From the NCBI RefSeq assembly GCF_009914755.1, contig NC_060926.1: DNA of 64,000 nt; one strand, written 5' to 3'. This DNA is from the human T2T-CHM13v2.0 reference genome, Homo sapiens. The notes beneath the pieces were generated by a model. The model had not been told where the DNA came from. It searched no databases and saw only the letters and a list, made by a program, of their open reading frames with translations. Shown here piece by piece: positions 28,301-42,579 of this stretch (position 1 is its first letter; each line of letters opens with the position of its first letter). The translations under genes were made by a program, and so were the position numbers.

Positions 28301-31300
28301 CAGAAACTTCTTTGTGATGTTTGCATTCAAGTCACAGAGTTGAACATTCCCTTTCATAGAGCAGGTTTGAAACACTCTTTTTGTAGTATCTGGATGTGGA
28401 CATTTGGAGCGCTTTCAGGCCTATGGTGAAAAAGGAAATATCTTCCCCTGAAAACTAGACAGAAGCATTCTCAGAATCTTATTTGTGATGTGCGCCCTCA
28501 ATTAACAGTGTTGAAGCTTTCTTTTGATAGAGCAGTTTTGAAACACTCTTTTTGTAAAATCTGCAAGAGGATATTTGGATAGCTTTGAGGATTTCGTTGG
28601 AAACGGGATTGTCTTCATATAAACTCTAGACAGAAGCATTCTCAGAAGCTTCATTGGGATGTTTCAATTGAAGTCACAGTGTTGAACAGTCCCTTTCATA
28701 GAGCAGGTTTGAAACACTCTTTTTGTAGTATCTGGATGTGGACATTTGGAGTGCTTTCAGGCCTATGGTTTAAAAGGAAATATCTTCCCCTGAAAACTGG
28801 ACAGAAGCATTCTCAGAAACTTATTTGTGATGTGCGCCCTCAACTAACAGTGTTGAAGCATTCTTTTGATAGAGCAGTTTTGAAACACTCTTTTTGTAGA
28901 ATCTGCAAGTAGATATTTGTCTAGATTTGAGGATTTCGTTGGAAACGGGATTACATATAAAAAGCAGACAGCAGCATTCCCAGAAACTTCTTTGTGATGT
29001 TTGCATTCAAGTCACAGAGTTGAACATTCCCTTTCATAGAGCAGGTTTGAAACACTCTTTTTGTAGTATCTGGATGTGGACATTTGGAGCGCTTTCAGGC
29101 CTATGGTAAAAAAGGAAATATCTTCCCCTGAAAACTAGACAGAAGCATTCTCAGAATCTTATTTGTGATGTGCGCCCTCAACTAACAGTGTTGAAGCTTT
29201 CTTTTGATAGAGCAGTTTTGAAACACTCTTTTTGTAAAATCTGCAAGAGGATATTTGGATAGCTTTGAGGATTTCGTTGGAAACGGGATTGTCTTCATAT
29301 AAACTCTAGACAGAAGCATTCTCAGAAGCTTCATTGGGATGTTTCAATTGAAGTCACAGTGTTGAACAGTCCCTTTCATAGAGCACGTTTGAAACACTCT
29401 TTTTGTAGTATCTGGAAGTGGACATTTGGAGCGCTCTCAGGACTGCGGTGAAAAAGGAAATATCTTCCAATAAAAGCTAGATAGAAGCAATGTCAGAAAC
29501 TTTTTCATGATGTATCTACTCAGCTAACAGAGTTGAACCTTCCTTTGAGAGAGCAGTTTTGAAACACTCTTTTTGTGGAATCTGCAAGTGGATATTTGTC
29601 TAGCTTTGAGGATTTCGTTGGAAACGGGATTACATATAAAAAGCAGACAGCAGCATTCCCAGAAACTTCTTTGTGATGTTTGCATTCAAGTCACAGAGTT
29701 GAACATTCCCTTTCATAGAGCAGGTTTGAAACACTCTTTTTGTAGTATCTGGATGTGGACATTTGGAGCGCTTTCAGGCCTATGGTGAAAAAGGAAATAT
29801 CTTCCCCTGAAAACTAGACAGAAGCATTCTCAGAAACTTATTTGTGATGTGCGCCCTCAACTAACAGTGTTGAACCTTTCTTTTGATAGAGCAGTTTTGA
29901 AACACTCTTTTTGTAAAATCTGCAAGAGGATATTTGGATAGCTTTGAGGATTTCGTTGGAAACGGGATTGTCTTCATATAAACTCTAGACAGAAGCATTC
30001 TCAGAAGCTTCATTGGGATGTTTCAATTGAAGTCACAGTGTTGAACAGTCCCTTTCATAGAGCAGGTTTGAAACACTGTTTTTGTAGTATCTGGAAGTGG
30101 ACATTTTGAGAGATCTCAGGAATACGGTGATAAAGGAAATATCTTCCAATAAAAGCTAGATAGAAGCAATGTCAGAAACTTTTTCATGATGTATCTACTC
30201 AGCTAACAGAGTTGAACCTTTCTTTTGAGAGAGCAGTTTTGAAACACTCTTTTTGTGGAATCTGCAAGTGGATATTTGTCTAGCTTTGAGGATTTCGTTG
30301 GAAACGGGATTACATATAAAAAGCAGACAGCAGCATTCCCAGAAACTTCTTTGTGATGTTTGCATTCAAGTCACAGAGTTGAACATTCCCTTTCATAGAG
30401 CAGGTTTGAAACACTCTTTTTGTAGTATCTGGAAGTGGACATTTGGAGAGATCTCAGGAATACGGTGATAAAGGAAATATCTTCCAATAAAAGCTAGATA
30501 GAAGCAATGTCAGAAACTTTTTCATGATGTACCTACTCAGCTAACAGAGTTGAACCTTTCTTTTGAGAGAGCAGTTTTGAAACACTCTTTTTGTGGAATC
30601 TGCAAGTGGATATTTGTCTAGATTTGAGGATTTCGTTGGAAACGGGATTACATATAAAAAGCAGACAGCTGCATTCCCAGAAACTTCTTTGTGATGTTTG
30701 CATTCAAGTCACAGAGTTGAACATTCCCTTTCATAGAGCAGGTTTGAAACACTCTTTTTGTAGTATCTGGATGTGGACATTTGGAGCGCTTTCAGGCCTA
30801 TGGTGAAAAAGGAAATATCTTCCCCTGAAAACTAGACAGAAGCATTCTCAGAATCTTATTTGTGATGTGCGCCCTCAATTAACAGTGTTGAAGCTTTCTT
30901 TTGATAGAGCAGTTTTGAAACACTCTTTTTGTAAAATCTGCAAGAGGATATTTGGATAGCTTTGAGGATTTCGTTGGAAACGGGATTGTCTTCATATAAA
31001 CTCTAGACAGAAGCATTCTCAGAAGCTTCATTGGGATGTTTCAATTGAAGTCACAGTGTTGAACAGTCCCTTTCATAGAGCAGGTTTGAAACACTCTTTT
31101 TGTAGTATCTGGATGTGGACATTTGGAGTGCTTTCAGGCCTATGGTTTAAAAGGAAATATCTTCCCCTGAAAACTGGACAGAAGCATTCTCAGAAACTTA
31201 TTTGTGATGTGCGCCCTCAACTAACAGTGTTGAAGCATTCTTTTGATAGAGCAGTTTTGAAACACTCTTTTTGTGGAATCTGCAAGTAGATATTTGTCTA

Positions 31301-32455
31301 GATTTGAGGATTTCGTTGGAAACGGGATTACATATAAAAAGCAGACAGCAGCATTCCCAGAAACTTCTTTGTGATGTTTGCATTCAAGTCACAGAGTTGA
31401 ACATTCCCTTTCATAGAGCAGGTTTGAAACACTCTTTTTGTAGTATCTGGATGTGGACATTTGGAGCGCTTTCAGGCCTATGGTAAAAAAGGAAATATCT
31501 TCCCCTGAAAACTAGACAGAAGCATTCTCAGAATCTTATTTGTGATGTGCGCCCTCAACTAACAGTGTTGAAGCTTTCTTTTGATAGAGCAGTTTTGAAA
31601 CACTCTTTTTGTAAAATCTGCAAGAGGATATTTGGATAGCTTTGAGGATTTCGTTGGAAACGGGATTGTCTTCATATAAACTCTAGACAGAAGCATTCTC
31701 AGAAGCTTCATTGGGATGTTTCAATTGAAGTCACAGTGTTGAACAGTCCCTTTCATAGAGCACGTTTGAAACACTCTTTTTGTAGTATCTGGAAGTGGAC
31801 ATTTGGAGCGCTCTCAGGACTGCGGTGAAAAAGGAAATATCTTCCAATAAAAGCTAGATAGAAGCAATGTCAGAAACTTTTTCATGATGTATCTACTCAG
31901 CTAACAGAGTTGAACCTTCCTTTGAGAGAGCAGTTTTGAAACACTCTTTTTGTGGAATCTGCAAGTGGATATTTGTCTAGCCTTGAGGATTTCGTTGGAA
32001 ACGGGATTACATATAAAAAGCAGACAGCAGCATTCCCACAAACTTCTTTGTGATGTTTGCATTCAAGTCACAGAGTTGAACATTCCCTTTCATAGAGCAG
32101 GTTTGAAACACTCTTTTTGTAGTATCTGGATGTGGACATTTGGAGCGCTTTCAGGCCTATGGTGAAAAAGGAAATATCTTCCCCTGAAAACTAGACAGAA
32201 GCATTCTCAGAAACTTATTTGTGATGTGCGCCCTCAACTAACAGTGTTGAACCTTTCTTTTGATAGAGCAGTTTTGAAACACTCTTTTTGTAAAATCTGC
32301 AAGAGGATATTTGGATAGCTTTGAGGATTTCGTTGGAAACGGGATTGTCTTCATATAAACTCTAGACAGAAGCATTCTCAGAAGCTTCATTGGGATGTTT
32401 CAATTGAAGTCACAGTGTTGAACAGTCCCTTTCATAGAGCAGGTTTGAAACACTG
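25324..32455 (+). repeat. Three tandem periods of a 2,377-bp (14-monomer) super-repeat
   Basis: The CACTGTTTTTG variant G lies at 25324, 27701, 30078, 32455. ORF variants recur at 26302/28679/31056 and 26444/28821/31198. Confidence 0.9.
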
Positions 32456-35400
32456 TTTTTGTAGTATCTGGAAGTGGACATTTTGAGAGATCTCAGGAAT
32501 ACGGTGATAAAGGAAATATCTTCCAATAAAAGCTAGATAGAAGCAATGTCAGAAACTTTTTCATGATGTATCTACTCAGCTAACAGAGTTGAACCTTTCT
32601 TTTGAGAGAGCAGTTTTGAAACACTCTTTTTGTGGAATCTGCAAGTGGATATTTGTCTAGCTTTGAGGATTTCGTTGGAAATGGGATTACATATAAAAAG
32701 CAGACAGCAGCATTCCCAGAAACTTCTTTGTGAAGTTTGCATTCAAGTCACAGAGTTGAACATTCCCTTTCATAGAGCAGGTTTGAAACACTCATTTGTA
32801 GTATCTGGATGTGGACATTTGGAGCGCTTTCAGGCCTATGGTGAAAAAGGAAATATCTTCCCCTGAAAACTAGACAGAAGCATTCTCAGAATCTTATTTG
32901 TGATGTGCGCCCTCAACTAACAGTGTTGAAGCTTTCTTTTGATAGAGCAGTTTTGAAACACTCTTTTTGTAAAATCTGCAAGAGGATATTTGGAAAGCTT
33001 TGAGGATTTCTTTGGAAACGGGATTGTCTTCATATAAACTCTAGACAGAAGCATTCTCAGAAGCTTCATTGGGATGTTTCAATTGAAGTCACAGTGTTGA
33101 ACAGTCCCTTTCATAGAGCAGGTTTGAAACACTCTTTTTGTAGTATCTGGAAGTGGACATTTGGAGCGCTCTCAGGACTACGGTGAAAAAGGAAGTATCT
33201 TCCAATAAAAGCTAGATAGAAGCAATGTCAGAAACTTTTTCATGGTGTATCTACTCAGCTAACAGAGTTGAACCTTTCTTTTGAGAGAGCAGTTTTGAAA
33301 CACTCTTTTTGTGGAATCTGCAAGTGGATATTTGTCTAGCTTTGAGGATTTCGTTGGAAACGGGATTACATATAAAAAGCAGACAGCAGCATTCCCGGAA
33401 ACTTCTTTGTGATGTTTGCATTCAAGTCACAGAGTTGAACATTCCCTTTCATAGAGCAGGTTTGAAACACTCTTTTTGTAGTATCTGGAAGTGGACATTT
33501 GGAGAGATCTCAGGAATACGGTGATAAAGGAAATATCTTCCAATAAAAGCTAGATAGAAGCAATGTCAGAAACTTTTTCATGATGTACCTACTCAGCTAA
33601 CAGAGTTGAACCTTTCTTTTGAGAGAGCAGTTTTGAAACACTCTTTTTGTGGAATCTGCAAGTGGATATTTGTCTAGCTTTGAGGATTTCGTTGGAAACG
33701 GGATTACATATAAAAAGCAGACAGCAGCATTCCCAGAAACTTCTTTGTGATGTTTGCATTCAAGTCACAGAGTTGAACATTCCCTTTCATAGAGCAGGTT
33801 TGAAACACTCTTTTTGTAGTATCTGGATGTGGACATTTGGAGCGCTTTCAGGCCTATGGTGAAAAAGGAAATATCTTCCCCTGAAAACTAGACAGAAGCA
33901 TTCTCAGAATCTTATTTGTGATGTGCGCCCTCAACTAACAGTGTTGAACCTTTCTTTTGATAGAGCAGTTTTGAAACACTCTTTTTGTAAAATCTGCAAG
34001 AGGATATTTGGATAGCTTTGAGGATTTCGTTGGAAACGGGATTGTCTTCATATAAACTCTAGACAGAAGCATTCTCAGAAGCTTCATTGGGATGTTTCAA
34101 TTGAAGTCACAGTGTTGAACAGTCCCTTTCATAGAGCAGGTTTGAAACACTGTTTTTGTAGTATCTGGAAGTGGACATTTTGAGAGATCTCAGGAATACG
34201 GTGATAAAGGAAATATCTTCCAATAAAAGCTAGATAGAAGCAATGTCAGAAACTTTTTCATGATGTATCTACTCAGCTAACAGAGTTGAACCTTTCTTTT
34301 GAGAGAGCAGTTTTGAAACACTCTTTTTGTGGAATCTGCAAGTGGATATTTGTCTAGCTTTGAGGATTTCGTTGGAAATGGGATTACATATAAAAAGCAG
34401 ACAGCAGCATTCCCAGAAACTTCTTTGTGAAGTTTGCATTCAAGTCACAGAGTTGAACATTCCCTTTCATAGAGCAGGTTTGAAACACTCATTTGTAGTA
34501 TCTGGATGTGGACATTTGGAGCGCTTTCAGGCCTATGGTGAAAAAGGAAATATCTTCCCCTGAAAACTAGACAGAAGCATTCTCAGAATCTTATTTGTGA
34601 TGTGCGCCCTCAACTAACAGTGTTGAAGCTTTCTTTTGATAGAGCAGTTTTGAAACACTCTTTTTGTAAAATCTGCAAGAGGATATTTGGAAAGCTTTGA
34701 GGATTTCTTTGGAAACGGGATTGTCTTCATATAAACTCTAGACAGAAGCATTCTCAGAAGCTTCATTGGGATGTTTCAATTGAAGTCACAGTGTTGAACA
34801 GTCCCTTTCATAGAGCAGGTTTGAAACACTCTTTTTGTAGTATCTGGAAGTGGACATTTGGAGCGCTCTCAGGACTACGGTGAAAAAGGAAGTATCTTCC
34901 AATAAAAGCTAGATAGAAGCAATGTCAGAAACTTTTTCATGGTGTATCTACTCAGCTAACAGAGTTGAACCTTTCTTTTGAGAGAGCAGTTTTGAAACAC
35001 TCTTTTTGTGGAATCTGCAAGTGGATATTTGTCTAGCTTTGAGGATTTCGTTGGAAACGGGATTACATATAAAAAGCAGACAGCAGCATTCCCAGAAACT
35101 TCTTTGTGATGTTTGCATTCAAGTCACAGAGTTGAACATTCCCTTTCATAGAGCAGGTTTGAAACACTCTTTTTGTAGTATCTGGAAGTGGACATTTGGA
35201 GAGATCTCAGGAATACGGTGATAAAGGAAATATCTTCCAATAAAAGCTAGATAGAAGCAATGTCAGAAACTTTTTCATGATGTACCTACTCAGCTAACAG
35301 AGTTGAACCTTTCTTTTGAGAGAGCAGTTTTGAAACACTCTTTTTGTGGAATCTGCAAGTGGATATTTGTCTAGCTTTGAGGATTTCGTTGGAAACGGGA

Positions 35401-35644
35401 TTACATATAAAAAGCAGACAGCAGCATTCCCAGAAACTTCTTTGTGATGTTTGCATTCAAGTCACAGAGTTGAACATTCCCTTTCATAGAGCAGGTTTGA
35501 AACACTCTTTTTGTAGTATCTGGATGTGGACATTTGGAGCGCTTTCAGGCCTATGGTGAAAAAGGAAATATCTTCCCCTGAAAACTAGACAGAAGCATTC
35601 TCAGAATCTTATTTGTGATGTGCGCCCTCAACTAACAGTGTTGA
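32214..35644 (+). repeat. Tandem duplication of a 1,697-bp (10-monomer) unit
   Basis: ORF variants recur at 32630/34327, 33309/35006, 33647/35344. Shared GAAATGGG, CTCATTTGTA, TGGAAAGC and CATGGTGT variants. Confidence 0.9.
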
Positions 35645-38600
35645 TGCTTTCTTTTGATAGAGCAGTTTTGAAACACTCTTTTTGTAAAATCTGCAAGAGG
35701 ATATTTGGATAGCTTTGAGGATTTCGTTGGAAACGGGATTGTCTTCATATAAACTCTAGACAGAAGCATTCTCAGAAGCTTCATTGGGATGTTTCAATTG
35801 AAGTCACAGTGTTGAACAGTCCCTTTCATAGAGCAGGTTTGAAACACTCTTTTTGTAGTATATGGAAGTGGACATTTGGAGCGCTCTCAGGACTACGGTG
35901 AAAAAGGAAGTATCTTCCAATAAAAGCTAGATAGAAGCAATGTCAGAAACTTTTTCATGATGTATCTACTCAGCTAACAGAGTTGAACCTTTCTTTTGAG
36001 AGAGCAGTTTTGAAACACTCTTTTTGTGGAATCTGCAAGTGGATATTTGTCTAGCTTTGAGGATTTCGTTGGAAACGGGATTACATATAAAAAGCAGACA
36101 GCAGCATTCCCAGAAACTTCTTTGTGATGTTTGCATTCAAGTCACACAGTTGAACATTCCCTTTCATAGAGCAGGTTTGAAACACTCTTTTTGTAGTATC
36201 TGGATGTGGACATTTGGAGCGCTTTCAGGCCTATGGTGAAAAAGGAAATATCTTCCCCTGAAAACTAGACAGAAGCATTCTCAGAATCTTATTTGTGATG
36301 TGCGCCCTCAACTAACAGTGTTGAAGCTTTCTTTTGATAGAGCAGTTTTGAAACACTCTTTTTGTAAAATCTGCAAGAGGATATTTGGATAGCTTTGAGG
36401 ATTTCTTTGGAAACGGGATTGTCTTCATATAAACTCTAGACAGAAGCATTCTCAGAAGCTTCATTGGGATGTTTCAATTGAAGTCACAGTGTTGAACAGT
36501 CCCTTTCATAGAGCAGGTTTGAAACACTCTTTTTGTAGTATCTGGATGTGGACATTTGGAGCGCTTTCAGGCCTATGGTGAAAAAGGAAATATCTTCCCC
36601 TGAAAACTAGACAGAAGCATTCTCAGAAACTTATTTGTGATGTGCGCCCTTAACTAACAGTGTTGAAGCTTTCTTTTGATAGAGCAGTTTTGAAACACTC
36701 TTTTTGTGGAATCTGCAAGTGGATATTTGTCTAGCTTTGAGGATTTCGTTGGAAACGGGATTACATATAAAAAGCAGACAGCAGCATTCCCAGAAACTTC
36801 TTTGTGATGTTTGCATTCAAGTCACAGAGTTGAACATTCCCTTTCATAGAGCAGGTTTGAAACACTCTTTTTGTAGTATCTGGAAGTGGACATTTGGAGA
36901 GATCTCAGGAATACGGTGATAAAGGAAATATCTTCCAATAAAAGCTAGATAGAAGCAATGTCAGAAACTTTTTCATGATGTATCTACTCAGCTAACAGAG
37001 TTGAACCTTTCTTTTGAGAGAGCAGTTTTGAAACACTCTTTTTGTGGAATCTGCAAGTGGATATTTGTGTAGCTTTGAGGATTTCGTTGGAAACGGGATT
37101 ACATATAAAAAGCAGACAGCAGGATTCCCACAAACTTCATTGCGATGTTTGCATTCAAGTCACAGAGTTGAACATTCCCTTTCATAGAGCAGGTTTGAAA
37201 CACTCTTTTTGTAGTATCTGGATGTGGACATTTGGAGCGCTTTCAGGCCTATGGTGAAAAAGGAAATATCTTCCCCTGAAAACTAGACAGAAGCATTCTC
37301 AGAATCTTATTTGTGATGTGCGCCCTCAACTAACAGTGTTGAAGCTTTCTTTTGATAGAGCAGTTTTGAAACACTCTTTTTGTAAAATCTGCAAGAGGAT
37401 TTTTGGATAGCTTTGAGGATTTCGTTGGAAACGGGATTGTCTTCATATAAACTCTAGACAGAAGCATTCTCAGAAGCTTCATTGGGATGTTTCAATTGAA
37501 GTCACAGTGTTGAACAGTCCCTTTCATAGAGGAGGTTTGAAACACTCTTTTTGTAGTATCTGGAAGTGGACATTTGGAGTGATCTAAGGAATACGGTGAT
37601 AAAGGAAATATCTTCCAATAAAAGCTAGATAGAAGCAATGTCAGAAACTTTTTCATGATGTATCTACTCAGCTAACAGAGTTGAACCTTTCTTTTGAGAG
37701 AGCAGTTTTGAAACACTCTTTTTGTGGAATCTGCAAGTGGATATTTGTCTAGCTTTGAGGATTTCGTTGGAAACGGGATTACATATAAAAAGCAGACAGC
37801 AGCATTCCCAGAAACTTCTTTGTGAAGTTTGCATTCAAGTCACAGAGTTGAACATTCCCTTTCATAGAGCAGGTTTGAAACACTCTTTTTGTAGTATCTG
37901 TATGTGGACATTTGGAGCGCTTTCAGGCCTATGGTGAAAAAGGAAATATCTTCCCCTGAAAACTAGACAGAAGCATTCTCAGAATCTTATTTGTGATGTG
38001 CGCCCTCAACTAACAGTGTTGAAGCTTTCTTTTGATAGAGCAGTTTTGAAACACTCTTTTTGTAAAATCTGCAAGAGGATATTTGGATAGCTTTGAGGAT
38101 TTCGTTGGAAACGGGATTGTCTTCATATAAACTCTAGACAGAAGCATTCTCAGAAGCTTCCTTGGGATGTTTCAATTGAAGTCACAGTGTTGAACAGTCC
38201 CTTTCATAGAGCAGGTTTGAAACACTCTTTTTGTAGTATATGGAAGTGGACATTTGGAGCGCTCTCAGGACTAAGGTGAAAAAGGAAGTATCTTCCAATA
38301 AAAGCTAGATAGAAGCAATGTCAGAAACTTTTTCATGATGTATCTACTCAGCTAACAGAGTTGAACCTTTCTTTTGAGAGAGCAGTTTTGAAACACTCTT
38401 TTTGTGGAATCTGCAAGTGGATATTTGTCTAGCTTTGAGGATTTCGTTGGAAACGGGATTACATATAAAAAGCAGACAGCAGCATTCCCAGAAACTTCTT
38501 TGTGATGTTTGCATTCAAGTCACACAGTTGAACATTCCCTTTCATAGAGCAGGTTTGAAACACTCTTTTTGTAGTATCTGGATGTGGACATTTGGAGCGC

Positions 38601-41120
38601 TTTCAGGCCTATGGTGAAAAAGGAAATATCTTCCCCTGAAAACTAGACAGAAGCATTCTCAGAATCTTATTTGTGATGTGCGCCCTCAACTAACAGTGTT
38701 GAAGCTTTCTTTTGATAGAGCAGTTTTGAAACACTCTTTTTGTAAAATCTGCAAGAGGATATTTGGATAGCTTTGAGGATTTCTTTGGAAACGGGATTGT
38801 CTTCATATAAACTCTAGACAGAAGCATTCTCAGAAGCTGCATTGGGATGTTTCAATTGAAGTCACAGTGTTGAACAGTCCCTTTCATAGAGCAGGTTTGA
38901 AACACTCTTTTTGTAGTATCTGGATGTGGACATTTGGAGCGCTTTCAGGCCTATGGTGAAAAAGGAAATATCTTCCCCTGAAAACTAGACAGAAGCATTC
39001 TCAGAAACTTATTTGTGATGTGCGCCCTCAACTAACAGTGTTGAAGCTTTCTTTTGATAGAGCAGTTTTGAAACACTCTTTTTGTGGAATCTGCAAGTGG
39101 ATATTTGTCTAGCTTTGAGGATTTCGTTGGAAACGGGATTACATATAAAAAGCAGACAGCAGCATTCCCAGAATCTTCTTTGTGATGTTTGCATTCAAGT
39201 CACAGAGTTGAACATTCCCTTTCATAGAGCAGGTTTGAAACACTCTTTTTATAGTATCTGGATGTGGACACTTGGAGCGCTTTCAGGCCTATGGTGAAAA
39301 AGGAAATATCTTCTCCTGAAAACTAGACAGAAGCATTCTCAGAATCTTATTTGTGATGTGCGCCCTCAACTAACAGTGTTGAAGCTTTCTTTTGATAGAG
39401 CAGTTTTGAAACACTCTTTTTGTAAAATCTGCAAGAGGATATTTGGATAGCTTTGAGGATTTCGTTGGAAACGGGATTGTCTTCATATAAACTCTAGACA
39501 GAAGCATTCTCAGAAGCTTCATTGGGATGTTTCAATTGAAGTCACAGTGTTGAACAGTTCCTTTCATAGAACAGGTTTGAAACACTCTTTTTGTAGTATC
39601 TGGAAGTGGACATTTGGAGCGCTCTCAGGACTAAGGTGAAAAAGGAAATATCTTCCAATAAAAGCTACATAGAAGCAGTGTCAGAAACTTTTTCATGATG
39701 TATCTACTCAGCTAACAGAGTTGAACCTTTCCTTTGAGAGAGCAGTTTTGAAACACTCTTTTTGTGGAATCTGCAAGTGGATATTTGTCTAGCTTTGAGG
39801 ATTTCGTTGGAAACGGGATTACATATAAAAAGCAGACAGCAGCATTCCCAGTAACTTCTTTGTGATGTTTGCATTCAAGTCACAGAGTTGAACATTCCCT
39901 TTCATAGAGCAGGTTTGAAACACTCTTTTTGTAGTATCTGGATGTGGACATTTGGAGCGCTTTCAGGCCTATGGTGAAAAAGGAAATATCTTCCCCTGAA
40001 AACTAGACAGAAGCATTCTCAGAATCTTATTTGTGATGTGCGCCCTCAACTAACAGTGTTGAAGCTTTCTTTTGATAGAGCAGTTTTGAAACACTCTTTT
40101 TGTAAAATCTGCAAGAGGATATTTGGATAGCTTTGAAGATTTCGTTGGAAACGGGATTGTCTTCATATAAACTCTAGAGAGAAGCATTCTCAGAAGCTTC
40201 ATTGGGATGTTTCAATTGAAGTCACAGTGTTGAACAGTCCCTTTCATAGAGGAGGTTTGAAACACTCTTTTTGTAGTATCTGGAAGTGGACATTTGGAGT
40301 GATCTCAGGAATACGGTGATAAAGGAAATATCTTCCAATAAAAGCTAGATAGAAGCAATGTCAGAAACTTTTTCATGATGTATCTACTCAGCTAACAGAG
40401 TTGAACCTTTCTTTTGAGAGAGCAGTTTTGAAACACTCTTTTTGTGGAATCTGCAAGTGGATATTTGTCTAGCTTTGAGGATTTCGTTGGAAACGGATTA
40501 CATATAAAAAGCAGACAGCAGCATTCCCAGAAACTTCTTTGTGAAGTTTGCATTCAAGTCACAGAGTTGAACATTCCCTTTCATAGAGCAGGTTTGAAAC
40601 ACTCTTTTTGTAGTATCTGTATGTGGACATTTGGAGCGCTTTCAGGCCTATGGTGAAAAAGGAAATATCTTCCCCTGAAAACTAGACAGAAGCATTCTCA
40701 GAATCTTATTTGTGATGTGCGCCCTCAACTAACAGTGTTGAAGCTTTCTTTTGATAGAGCAGTTTTGAAACACTCTTTTTGTAAAATCTGCAAGAGGATA
40801 TTTGGATAGCTTTGAGGATTTCGTTGGAAACGGGATTGTCTTCATATAAACTCTAGACAGAAGCATTCTCAGAAGCTTCATTGGGATGTTTCAATTGAAG
40901 TCACAGTGTTGAACAGTCCCTTTCATAGAGCAGGTTTGAAACACTCTTTTTGTAGTATCTGGAAGTGGACATTTGGAGCGCTCTCAGGACTACGGTGAAA
41001 AAGGAAGTATCTTCCAATAAAAGCTAGATAGAAGCAATGTCAGAAACTTTTTCATGATGTATCTACTCAGGTAACAGAGTTGAACCTTTCTTTTGAGAGA
41101 GCAGTTTTGAAACACTCTTT

Positions 41121-41458
41121 TTGTGGAATCTGCAAGTGGATATTTGTCTAGCTTTGAGGATTTCGTTGGAAACGGGATTACATATAAAAAGCAGACAGCA
41201 GCATTCCCAGAAACTTCTTTGTGATGTTTGCATTCAAGTCACACAGTTGAACATTCCCTTTCATAGAGCAGGTTTGAAACACTCTTTTTGTAGTATCTGG
41301 ATGTGGACATTTGGAGCGCTTTCAGGCCTATGGTGAAAAAGGAAATATCTTCCCCTGAAAACTAGACAGAAGCATTCTCAGAAACTTATTTGTGATGTGC
41401 GCCCTTAACTAACAGTGTTGAAGCTTTCTTTTGATAGAGCAGTTTTGAAACACTCTTT
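41121..41458 (+). repeat. Truncated 338-bp (2-monomer) HOR variant, type II (first of 5)
   Basis: HOR starts are 338 bp apart (41121/41459). After GTGCGCCC...GATAGAGCAGTTTTGAAACACTCTTTTTGT the sequence restarts with GGAATC instead of AAAATC. Also at ~46555, ~49612, 53348, 61501. Confidence 0.88.
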
Positions 41459-42579
41459 TTGTGGAATCTGCAAGTGGATATTTGTCTAGCTTTGAGGATT
41501 TCGTTGGAAACGGGATTACATATAAAAAGCAGACAGCAGCCTTCCCAGAATCTTCTTTGTGATGTTTGCATTCAAGTCACAGAGTTGAACAGTCCCTTTC
41601 ATAGAGCAGGTTTGAAACACTCTCTTTGTAGTGTCTGGATGTGGACATTTGGAGCGCTTTCAGGCCTATGGTGAAAAAGGAAATATCTTCTCCTGAAAAC
41701 TAGACAGAAGCATTCTCAGAATCTTATTTGTGATGTGCGCCCTCAACTAACAGTGTTGAAGCTTTCTTTTGATAGAGCAGTTTTGAAACACTCTTTTTGT
41801 AAAATCTGCAAGAGGATATTTGGATAGCTTTGAGGATTTCGTTGGAAACGGGATTGTCTTCATATAAACTCTAGACAGAAGCATTCTCAGAAGCTTCATT
41901 GGGATGTTTCAATTGAAGTCACAGTGTTGAACAGTCCCTTTCATAGAGCAGGTTTGAAACACTCTTTTTGTAGTATCTGGAAGTGGACATTTGGAGAGAT
42001 CTCAGGAATACGGTGATAAAGGAAATATCTTCCAATAAAAGCTAGATAGAAGCAATGTCAGAAACTTTTTCATGATGTATCTACTCAGCTAACAGAGTTG
42101 AACCTTTCTTTTGAGAGAGCAGTTTTGAAACACTCTTTTTGTGGAATCTGCAAGTGGATATTTGTGTAGCTTTGAGGATTTCGTTGGAAACGGGATTACA
42201 TATAAAAAGCAGACAGCAGGATTCCCACAAACTTCATTGCGATGTTTGCATTCAAGTCACAGAGTTGAACATTCCCTTTCATAGAGCAGGTTTGAAACAC
42301 TCTTTTTGTAGTATCTGGATGTGGACATTTGGAGCGCTTTCAGGCCTATGGTGAAAAAGGAAATATCTTCCCCTGAAAACTAGACAGAAGCATTCTCAGA
42401 ATCTTATTTGTGATGTGCGCCCTCAACTAACAGTGTTGAAGCTTTCTTTTGATAGAGCAGTTTTGAAACACTCTTTTTGTAAAATCTGCAAGAGGATATT
42501 TGGATAGCTTTGAGGATTTCGTTGGAAACGGGATTGTCTTCATATAAACTCTAGACAGAAGCATTCTCAGAAGCTTCCT

